Part shown: piece by piece, positions 9,234-16,883 of the stretch
Layout: each line of letters opens with the position of its first letter
How positions within the stretch are numbered: position 1 is the stretch's first letter
Source: a candidate division WOR-3 bacterium
GTDB lineage: Bacteria; Hydrothermota; Tepidihabitantia; Tepidihabitantales; Tepidihabitantaceae
NCBI GenBank assembly: GCA_037441285.1
Contig: JBBISL010000007.1
Span: forward strand, 1 to 64,000
Direction of reading: 5' to 3'
DNA length: 64,000 bases
Program-made: the position numbers and the translations under genes
The notes under the pieces: model-generated
What the model was told of the DNA's origin: nothing
What the model saw: the letters and a program-made list of their open reading frames with translations, nothing else
Database searches by the model: none

Positions 9234-10832
9234 GTGGCTTCTGATTCAGACACATCGACCGTTGCTTCGGGACGGTTTACCCGTCGGGTCGGATTGTTTA
9301 CCATCGGTACCTTGATTTCCCGGCTTTTGGGTGTGGCGCGGGAGTCGGTTTTTGCGTATCTGTTCGGTGCCGGCATGGCAACCGATGCGTTCAATGTTGC
9401 CTTCCGGATTCCCAACTTTCTGCGCGACCTGTTTGCCGAGAGCGCGCTGTCCGCAGCGTTTGTGCCGACCTTTGTGGCGCGGCGTCAAGCCGGCGACGAG
9501 CGGCGTACCTGGCGATTCGCCGCCAATATGTTCAATACGATTTTGCTGTTTATCGGTTTGCTGGTGGTTTTAGGAATGGTTTTTGCGCCCCAGGTGGTAC
9601 AGGTCATTGCCTGGGGTTTTCGCACCAACCCGGCGAAGTTAGCACTGACCACAACATTGACGAGGATAATGTTCCCGTTTCTGTTGTTTGTTGTTCTTGC
9701 CGCCTGGGCGATGGGTATTCTCAACGCTTGCGGTAGTTTTTTTATTCCGGCGAGCGCACCGGCCGCGTTCAATCTCTTTTCTGCCCTATTGCCGATTGCA
9801 CTTTACGGATTTTTGCGGCAGCGCGGGATTGAGCCGATAACCGGCATGGCTTATGGCGTAACCCTGGGCGCGGTGGCGCAACTGGTGGTGCAGTTGCCCC
9901 GATTGCGAACCTTTGGTTTTCGTTACCAACCGGTGCTGGACCTGAGGGATAGCGATTGGCACCAGGTGGTGCGGCGCTGGGTGCCGATGATTCTCGGTTT
10001 TGCCAGCTGGCAGGTGAACTTTTTAGTCAACACCCTGCTCTTGACCTTTCTGCCCCAGGGTTCGGTTACCTGGGTGAGTTATGCCTACCGGATTCAGCAT
10101 CTGCCAGCCGGGCTGTTCGGCGTGGCGATTGGCACGGTGGCGCTTGCCGAGTATGCGGGAGACGCCGCAACCGAGCGCCGGATTGCGCCCGAGCGATTTC
10201 GCCACGCCCTGAAACTGGCAGCGGTATTGACACTACCCGCCGGTGTGCTGCTTTTAGTGCTGGCGGTACCGGTGGTAAGACTGGTTTATCAGCATGGGCG
10301 GTTTACGGCGCTGGATACGATGCTCACGAGTCAGGCGCTGGCGCTTTATGCGCTGGGGGTTTTGCCCGCAGCCCTGACCCGCAACTGTGCCGCGGGCTTT
10401 TATGCGCGAGGCGACACCCGGACGCCGGCGCTGGTTGCGCTCGGTGTTGTCGCGGGCAACATTGTAATCAATCTGATTTTGATGCGTTTTATCGGGTTTC
10501 GCTCCTTTCCCCTTGCCGCATCGCTCACCAGTTTTCTGAACTTTCTCCTTCTATTTTATCTTCTAATGCGGCGCCAGCCCGACCTAAACGAGCGCACCCT
10601 TTTGGGGATGTTCGGCCGGACTTTGTTTGCGGCACTGATAGGCGGTGCGGTTGCTCTGGGCAGCCGTTTTGTTTACGAATCGTTTTTACCGATAAACCGG
10701 GTGGTGTTCCAACTGGCCGAGGTGATTCTTACGGGTGGGCTCGGGCTATTTGGTTACTATCTGATGGCGCGGATTTTGCACATTGATGAGGTGAAGGAGG
10801 CGATGAAAAGTCTAATCCAGCGGGCTGGATGA
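9234..10832 (+). CDS. murJ: Lipid II flippase MurJ (MviN)
   Basis: SRLLGVARE, DAFNVAFRIPNFLRDLFAE..LSAAFVP, YAYRIQHLP.GLFGVA, FYARGDTRTP. Confidence 0.95.
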   Translation: MASDSDTSTVASGRFTRRVGLFTIGTLISRLLGVARESVFAYLFGAGMATDAFNVAFRIPNFLRDLFAESALSAAFVPTFVARRQAGDERRTWRFAANMFNTILLFIGLLVVLGMVFAPQVVQVIAWGFRTNPAKLALTTTLTRIMFPFLLFVVLAAWAMGILNACGSFFIPASAPAAFNLFSALLPIALYGFLRQRGIEPITGMAYGVTLGAVAQLVVQLPRLRTFGFRYQPVLDLRDSDWHQVVRRWVPMILGFASWQVNFLVNTLLLTFLPQGSVTWVSYAYRIQHLPAGLFGVAIGTVALAEYAGDAATERRIAPERFRHALKLAAVLTLPAGVLLLVLAVPVVRLVYQHGRFTALDTMLTSQALALYALGVLPAALTRNCAAGFYARGDTRTPALVALGVVAGNIVINLILMRFIGFRSFPLAASLTSFLNFLLLFYLLMRRQPDLNERTLLGMFGRTLFAALIGGAVALGSRFVYESFLPINRVVFQLAEVILTGGLGLFGYYLMARILHIDEVKEAMKSLIQRAG

Positions 10833-11105
10833 AATTTCCAGCTGCAATTTGTTGTATACTTTAAAGTATAAACCGGGGAGAAGCGTATTTTTGGTTAAGG
10901 TGTTTATTATCAATGGGTTGAGTCGCTTCGGGCAACTTTTCCCTGCCCAACCCTGGTACAGTCTCGGGGATGGTATGGGAAATTGATATTTTTACTGCTC
11001 AACCGGCGAGTTCACTGGTTAAAACCGATGCAAGACAGTTCGGGGTTTCGTGAAATATAATAATGGTTGATAATTGGATAATTTTATGTTAGAATTAAAG
11101 GGTAT

Positions 11106-12062
11106 ATGCCAGTTAGATATTTGAGCGAAACGAGGGTGAAAGCGCCGGCGCTTGTTGCCTGCTGGCCCGGAATGGGTCATGTGGGAATTCTCGCGGCGAG
11201 TTATCTGCGGATGAAGTTGAAGGGTGTGCCGTATGCGGAGATTGATGCGACACCCTATTTTTTGCCCGATGCGATTGAGGTTGCCGATGGCATCGGCCGG
11301 ATTCCGGCGCCACCAAGGCAGATGGTTTATCAGATTGCGGAGCCACCGCTTCTGGTGTTTGAGGGTGAGGCGCAGATTTCGGGCGAACCGGGAATTAAAA
11401 TTGCCGGGGAACTTCTGGATATTGCGCAGGAGGCAGGAGTCAGAACGGTTTATACCGGTGCGGCGTTTGCGGTGCCGATGAGTTTTCGTCAGCCGGTAGA
11501 GGTTTATGGGGTTGCGACCGATGAGACGCTGCGCACACGGTTCACGGCACTGGGTGTTGAGCCGCTAAAGGAGGGCAGGGTTTCCGGGCTTAACGGGCTG
11601 TTGCTCGGGCTGGCAAAGTCAAGGGGTTTGACGGCGGCTTCGTTTCTCGCAACGATTCCTCAGTATGCGATTGAAGCGCCGAATCCGAAGGCGTCCAAGG
11701 CGATTGTTCAGGTTTTGGAGCGGATTTTTAATACGACGGTTGATATGACCGAGATTGATGAGCGGATTGGTGAAACCGACCGGATGATGGGCGAGTTTGA
11801 GCGCCGGGTGGCGGCGGCGATTGAGGCGCTGCGGCGTAATGCCGAGGAACGGCTGGAGGGTGCCGAAGGCGAGGGTGTTGAAACCGGGGAAAGGCCCGAA
11901 CCCCATGAACTGATGGCGCACATCGAGCAACTTTTTGAAGAGGCACAGCGCGACCGGAGCAAGATTCAGGAGTTGAAAGAGGAACTGGACCGCTGGGGGC
12001 TTTTCTCGCTTTACGAGGACCGGTTTTTAGACCTGTTCAGTAAAAAAGAGAACCGCGAATAA
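11106..12062 (+). CDS. PAC2-family (proteasome assembly chaperone-like) protein
   Basis: WPGMGHVG, GRVSGLNGLLLG, PNPKASKAI, C-terminal coiled-coil/acidic extension; promoter TTGATA-N17-TAGAAT at 11067-11095. Confidence 0.8.
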   Translation: MPVRYLSETRVKAPALVACWPGMGHVGILAASYLRMKLKGVPYAEIDATPYFLPDAIEVADGIGRIPAPPRQMVYQIAEPPLLVFEGEAQISGEPGIKIAGELLDIAQEAGVRTVYTGAAFAVPMSFRQPVEVYGVATDETLRTRFTALGVEPLKEGRVSGLNGLLLGLAKSRGLTAASFLATIPQYAIEAPNPKASKAIVQVLERIFNTTVDMTEIDERIGETDRMMGEFERRVAAAIEALRRNAEERLEGAEGEGVETGERPEPHELMAHIEQLFEEAQRDRSKIQELKEELDRWGLFSLYEDRFLDLFSKKENRE

Positions 12063-12080
12063 ACCGCAGTTGATGAAGGA

Positions 12081-12845
12081 ATGATGAAGGATACGATTGC
12101 GGTTCTTGACGAGTTTTTCTCAAAATACTTAGAGTGTGATTTTGGTAATGTGGCGCCGGGTCGGGTCTGGGTGATTCCTTCAGACCGGCGTGATGTCCGG
12201 GAGGAGCGCTACGACAACATCATTGCGCTCTGGCTGATTGCCAGCGGTAACCGGTGTGTTGTTTCGGTGCAGAGGGGCGTTGAGGAGGCGGTGAAAAGGG
12301 TGGTGAGCCGTCTGGCGCTGGGCGATTTTCGTACCCCTTATGGGCAGAAGGCGCTTTTGGAGGCGCTGGCGGGGAAGGTTAAAAAGCCGCAGGCGGTAAC
12401 GGGCAATTCGGGACCGATATTTTTTGCCACGAGCGCCACTTTTCGGCGTATTCCGACGGGTAACTGCCGGCTTGTTAGCGAGGCGGATATTCCGGCATTG
12501 CAGGCGGTCGGGCTTTACGGCAAGTATCTTGATAAGAGTATTGCGGAGGGCACCTGTTTTGCCGCCTTTGTCGGTACCGAGCCGGTGGCGGTTGCCGGTA
12601 CCTGGGATGTGCCCCATATGGCAGACCGGGTTGCGGATATCTGCGTTCCCGGGACGATTCCCGCCCGAAGAAGGGAAGGTTTTGGTAAGCAGGTTGTCGC
12701 TTGCACTACGGAGGCGGTGCTGAAGAGTGGCCGGGTGCCAGTATATGTGACCTCCGATTTAAACTTTGCCTCAATCGCTACGGCCAAAGCGGTTGGTTAT
12801 CAGCCTTATGGCTGGCAGTTTCGGGTGGAGGTCGTTCCGGAGTAA
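12081..12845 (+). CDS. GNAT-family N-acetyltransferase
   Basis: Acetyl-CoA motif T.PARRREGFGK, N.ASIATAKAVGY. Confidence 0.8.
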   Translation: MMKDTIAVLDEFFSKYLECDFGNVAPGRVWVIPSDRRDVREERYDNIIALWLIASGNRCVVSVQRGVEEAVKRVVSRLALGDFRTPYGQKALLEALAGKVKKPQAVTGNSGPIFFATSATFRRIPTGNCRLVSEADIPALQAVGLYGKYLDKSIAEGTCFAAFVGTEPVAVAGTWDVPHMADRVADICVPGTIPARRREGFGKQVVACTTEAVLKSGRVPVYVTSDLNFASIATAKAVGYQPYGWQFRVEVVPE

Positions 12846-13015
12846 AAAGGGGTCGAAAGCCGGATGGTAATTTTCTGCTTGACAGGAATGGAGAAATTGG
12901 TAATTTCAGTTTGAGAACAGGCGGTACCGGCGATGAGATTTTTGAGCAAGACATCGATTGCCGGAAGGTGGGGCGACATTATGAGAGGGAGAGATGTTTT
13001 CGAAGGAGGAAGGCG

Positions 13016-13204
13016 ATGAAGTCAAAGAAGAAGATCCGGAGAAAAAGGTCGGTGCGGCTGCGGGGTCATCCCGAGCCGGAATCGGTAATAGAACAGGACC
13101 AGTTTCTCAAGGAAGATGAGGAGTTGGACAGCGAATTCTTTGAGCTTGATGAGCCGGATGACTTCGACATCAATCTGCGACCGGATGACGAGTCGGAATG
13201 GTGA
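13016..13204 (+). CDS. Small bipolar (basic N-terminus, acidic C-terminus) hypothetical protein, 62 aa
   Basis: SD AAGGAGG before ATG 13016; MKSKKKIRRKRSVR...DEELDSEFFELDEPDDFD; upstream TTGACA-N16-TAATTT near 12879. Confidence 0.65.
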   Translation: MKSKKKIRRKRSVRLRGHPEPESVIEQDQFLKEDEELDSEFFELDEPDDFDINLRPDDESEW

Positions 13205-13210
13205 ACTGAA

Positions 13211-13239
13211 TTGACCGGCGCTGGGGTTCAAGTTATCAT
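13211..13239 (+). promoter_or_regulatory. tRNA promoter TTGACC-N17-TATCAT
   Basis: Ends 7 nt before the tRNA 5' end. Confidence 0.7.
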
Positions 13240-13246
13240 ATCATTC

Positions 13247-13323
13247 GGGCCCGTAGCTCAGATGGTCAGAGCAACTGACTCATAATCAGTTGGTCGTCCG
13301 TTCGACCCGGACCGGGCCCACCA
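13247..13323 (+). tRNA. tRNA with CAT anticodon, probably tRNA-Ile2 (lysidine) rather than Met; CCA encoded
   Basis: Cloverleaf GGGCCCG/CGGGCCC, anticodon arm ACTGA-CTCATAA-TCAGT, T arm GTCCG-TTCGACC-CGGAC; C4-G69 and C5-G68 are TilS determinants. Confidence 0.9.
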
Positions 13324-13445
13324 CCGATGAGGAGCAGAAGGCAAATATGAGATTACAAGAGGAAGCAGGGGCAGGACCCTCCACGGTGGTTCCTTCCATT
13401 AAGGGAGGGGAAAGCGACGAGAGAGAGCCATCAAGGGAAGGGAAT

Positions 13446-13877
13446 ATGAAATTAGATTCCGGCGCCACTCCGATTTCCTGGAAGGTGCATCGGGCAAAGG
13501 AGATGCCTGGACGCACGGTGCTGGTGGGTATTTTTATCCTTGCCTTTCTCGTTTTCACCCTGCGGGCGTTTGGCTTTCTGCTGTTCGGGGTGGCGGTGGT
13601 TGTACTGTTCGGTGCGACCCACACCTATTTTTTGCCGGTGCGCTATACGCTATCTTCCCAGGGTGTGACGGTGGACAAGGGGATATTTTCCTACACCTAT
13701 GAGTGGAGCCGGTTCCGCCGGTTTTTCCTGACAAAGGGCGGGGTTGTGCTTTCGCCTTTTCAGAAGCAAAACTTTCTGGACAACTTTCGCGGGGTGCATC
13801 TTTTGCTGCCGGCGGAAGCGACGCCAATTCTTGACTATTTAAAAAACCGGTTTGCCCGGGCGGATGATGTTTCTTGA
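13446..13877 (+). CDS. Hypothetical membrane protein (2 TM + PH-like/YcxB-like domain)
   Basis: The ORF-track start overlaps the tRNA, so ATG 13446 was chosen; Y.LS..GV.V......Y.W..F motif. Confidence 0.65.
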   Translation: MKLDSGATPISWKVHRAKEMPGRTVLVGIFILAFLVFTLRAFGFLLFGVAVVVLFGATHTYFLPVRYTLSSQGVTVDKGIFSYTYEWSRFRRFFLTKGGVVLSPFQKQNFLDNFRGVHLLLPAEATPILDYLKNRFARADDVS

Positions 13878-13912
13878 CTTTGGATGTCGGCTGAATATGA
13901 TGAGCGGATAAG

Positions 13913-14143
13913 ATGAAACAGAAATCTGAGAAGAGTCAAAAAGCGAAGGTACCACCCGCCAGTAAAACTCCAGCAATACCCGAGTTGAAATTGACCAAGA
14001 AGAACTACGGGCTGATGGCGGCTGGTTTAGTAACGATTGTTGCCGGTTTTATCACCCTGGCGGGAGGCTCAACAACGGTGGCGCCAATTCTCCTGGTTTT
14101 AGGCTATTGCGTACTTATGCCGCTGGCATTGCTTTTGAAATGA
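13913..14143 (+). CDS. Small membrane protein (DUF3098-like)
   Basis: KKNYGLM..GL..IV.GF...APILLVLGY; promoter TTGACT-N16-TATGAT just upstream. Confidence 0.7.
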   Translation: MKQKSEKSQKAKVPPASKTPAIPELKLTKKNYGLMAAGLVTIVAGFITLAGGSTTVAPILLVLGYCVLMPLALLLK

Positions 14144-14658
14144 AGCGGCGACTCCTTTCCGCAGCAGAGATTGGCACGCTGATTCGCAGTTTGACCGCCG
14201 AGGTGGCGCGGAGCAACCAGGACCAGGGAGATTTGCTGCTTGTGGGAATCCAGCGCCGGGGCGTGCCTTTGGCGCAGCGCATTGCGGTGGGCCTGGGCGG
14301 AGTGCCGGTCGGTTCGATTGACATTACCCTTTACCGCGACGACCTGCAACTGGTGGCGGAGACGCCGATTGTCCGGGGCTCAAACATCGAATTTGATATC
14401 AACGATAAAACGGTCGTTTTGGTGGACGATGTGATTTTTACCGGCCGGACGGTGCGGGCGGCGCTGACCGAATTGCTTGATTTTGGCCGACCCCGATTAG
14501 TGCAACTTCTGGTGTTGATTGACCGGGGGCATCGCGAGCTGCCGATTCAGCCGGACTTTGTGGGGCGCCGGATTGAAACCCGGCGGGACGATATTGTTGA
14601 CATTTATCTGAAAGAAGTTGACGGACATGATGAGGTGGTGTTAATCCGGAAGGAGTAA
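14140..14658 (+). CDS. pyrR: Bifunctional pyrimidine regulator / uracil phosphoribosyltransferase PyrR
   Basis: GIQRRGVPLA, DITLYRDDL, VLVDDVIFTGRTVRAAL, DRGHRELPIQPDFVG; ATG 14140 overlaps the upstream TGA. Confidence 0.95.
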   Translation: MKRRLLSAAEIGTLIRSLTAEVARSNQDQGDLLLVGIQRRGVPLAQRIAVGLGGVPVGSIDITLYRDDLQLVAETPIVRGSNIEFDINDKTVVLVDDVIFTGRTVRAALTELLDFGRPRLVQLLVLIDRGHRELPIQPDFVGRRIETRRDDIVDIYLKEVDGHDEVVLIRKE

Positions 14659-15600
14659 ATGGCAGGACTCAAGCATCTGCTCGGAATTGCCGAACTGACC
14701 GGAGATGATATTCTGGCGATACTGGAGCAGGCACGCCGGTTTCGCGAGGTACTGGACCGGCCGATTCCGATTGTGCCGGTGCTGCGGGGCAAGGCGATTG
14801 TCAACCTATTCTTTGAACCGTCGACCCGGACGATAACCTCTTTTAACCTGGCGGCAAGCCGGCTCTCGGCGCAGTGCCTAAACTTTGCGGTGGGTGGTTC
14901 AGCGGTCAAAAAGGGCGAAAGTATCCTTGACACCGTTGCCAATATTGAAGCGATGCGGGTTGATGGGGTTGTGGTGCGGCACAGTGCGGCCGGTGTGCCC
15001 CATTTTCTGGCGCGGCATGTCTCCTGTTTTGTGGTCAATGCCGGTGATGGTTGCCACGAACATCCAACCCAGGCACTGCTCGATGCGTTTACGCTTATTG
15101 AACATTTTGGCACCCTAAAAGGGAAACGGGTGTTGATTGTGGGCGATATCGCCCATTCGCGGGTGGCACGGTCCAATATCCTGCTCTTGAACAAGTTGGG
15201 GGCGCAGGTGGCGGTGTGCGGTCCACCAACCCTTTTGCCGGCGGGTATTGAGGAAATGGGCTGTGAGGTTTTCTATCATCTGGACCGGATTTTGTCCGAG
15301 GTGGATGTTGTCAATATGCTGCGGCTGCAGACCGAGAGGATGACGGCAAACTTTATCCCGAGTCTGCGCGAGTACCGGCGGTTTTACGGGTTGACCCGGG
15401 ACCGCCTGGCAAAGATTAAGCCGGAAGCGGTTATTATGCATCCCGGACCGGTAAACTGGGGTGTGGAGATGGACTACGATGTGCGGGAGTTTCCCCAGAC
15501 ATTGATTATGAATCAGGTGAAGAACGGCGTTGCGGTGCGGATGGCGGTTTTCTACATCCTTGCTTTGAAGCGGGGCATTTTGAGTGAGGAGGCAAAATGA
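14659..15600 (+). CDS. pyrB: Aspartate carbamoyltransferase catalytic subunit
   Basis: FFEPSTRT, NAGDG.HEHPTQ, GDIAHSRVARSN, MHPGPVN.GVE. Confidence 0.97.
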   Translation: MAGLKHLLGIAELTGDDILAILEQARRFREVLDRPIPIVPVLRGKAIVNLFFEPSTRTITSFNLAASRLSAQCLNFAVGGSAVKKGESILDTVANIEAMRVDGVVVRHSAAGVPHFLARHVSCFVVNAGDGCHEHPTQALLDAFTLIEHFGTLKGKRVLIVGDIAHSRVARSNILLLNKLGAQVAVCGPPTLLPAGIEEMGCEVFYHLDRILSEVDVVNMLRLQTERMTANFIPSLREYRRFYGLTRDRLAKIKPEAVIMHPGPVNWGVEMDYDVREFPQTLIMNQVKNGVAVRMAVFYILALKRGILSEEAK

Positions 15601-16871
15601 GCCGGCGGCTTTTTACCGGTGGTCGGGTGATTGACCCGCTTAAAGGCACAATCAAGATTGCCGATGTGCTGGTTGAGGACGGCAGAATCAAGGCGGTGGG
15701 GAAAAATTTGCGTGCCGCCGATGCGGAAAAGATTGACTGCCGTAACCGATACCTGGCACCGGGCTTCATTGACCTGCACTGTCATCTGCGCCAACCGGGT
15801 GAGGAGCAGAAAGAGAGTATCGCTTCCGGATGCCGGGCAGCATTTGCCGGGGGCTGGACCCAGATTTGTCCGATGCCCAATACGGTACCGCCGATTGATT
15901 CTGAGGCGCTGGTGCGGTTTGAACTGGAGGCGGCACGGGCAGCAGATGCGGCGCGCATCATTCCAGTGGGCTGTTGCACCAAGGGCCGGCAGGGTAAGGA
16001 ACTGGCGGAGCTGGGCGAGATCTGGCAGGCGGGGGCAAGGGCGATTTCTGATGACGGCTCCTGGGTGAGCGATGCCGGGTTGTTTCGTCGGATTCTGGAG
16101 TATGCCAAGACATTTGACTTGCTGGTGATGTCCCATTGTGAGGTGCCGGAACTGGTTTCAGAACTGGCGGATGAAGGGGTGGTTAGCACCCGTCTCGGTT
16201 TGCACGGCGCACCCGGTGTGGGCGAGGCGATTGCGGCGATGCGGGACATCCTTCTTGCCCACTGGACCAGGACCCGGCTTCACATCTGCCATGTTTCCAG
16301 TGCGGAGACGGTTGAAGTATTGCGCTGGGCAAAAGAGCGGGGTATTGCGGTGACGGCGGAAACCTGTCCCCACTATTTAGCCCTGACGGTTGATGCGCTC
16401 AACGGCTTTGAAGCCAATTACAAAGTTAATCCACCTTTGCGGAGTGAGGCGGACCGAAAATCGCTCATTCGGGCAGTGGTTGACGGGACGATTGATGCGA
16501 TTGCCACTGACCACGCGCCGCACGCACCTGAGGACAAAGACAAGGAGTTTAGCAATGCCGCGAGCGGCATCATCGGATTTGAAACCGCTTTCAGTGTTCT
16601 TTACGAGACGCTGGTTTTGAAAAAGGCGCTGACCCTGCCGGAACTGATTGCCCGGTTGACGGTTGTGCCGGCGCAGATTTTAGGGATTGAGCCACCGCGG
16701 ATTGCTCCGGAAGCGGCGGCGAACCTCGTTGTCCTTGACACCGAGGTGTCCTGGGTCCTCACCCGAGATAAGATTGTTTCCTGTTCCCACAATACACCGT
16801 GGTTAGGAAAGAAGTTACGGGGACGGGTGATAGCAACCGTGCTCGGAGAAAGTTTTAGGTTAAACCAGTAA
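15597..16871 (+). CDS. pyrC: Dihydroorotase (type I)
   Basis: PGFIDLHCHLRQPG, MPNT.P, HICHVS, KVNPPLR, ATDHAPH. Confidence 0.95.
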   Translation: MSRRLFTGGRVIDPLKGTIKIADVLVEDGRIKAVGKNLRAADAEKIDCRNRYLAPGFIDLHCHLRQPGEEQKESIASGCRAAFAGGWTQICPMPNTVPPIDSEALVRFELEAARAADAARIIPVGCCTKGRQGKELAELGEIWQAGARAISDDGSWVSDAGLFRRILEYAKTFDLLVMSHCEVPELVSELADEGVVSTRLGLHGAPGVGEAIAAMRDILLAHWTRTRLHICHVSSAETVEVLRWAKERGIAVTAETCPHYLALTVDALNGFEANYKVNPPLRSEADRKSLIRAVVDGTIDAIATDHAPHAPEDKDKEFSNAASGIIGFETAFSVLYETLVLKKALTLPELIARLTVVPAQILGIEPPRIAPEAAANLVVLDTEVSWVLTRDKIVSCSHNTPWLGKKLRGRVIATVLGESFRLNQ

Positions 16872-16883
16872 CATAGTTAGATA

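Noticed and set aside
12701..13445. Long ORF versions 12701-13204 and 13290-13877
   Set aside because: They overlap the GNAT gene or the tRNA; downstream ATGs are more plausible.
13247..13445. tRNA as an integration site for an island
   Set aside because: No integrase, no duplicated tRNA 3' end noticed, and housekeeping genes on both sides; the same holds for tRNA-Arg.
13878..14140. PyrR attenuator upstream of pyrR
   Set aside because: No PyrR binding-loop consensus or terminator found; pyrR is coupled to the upstream ORF.
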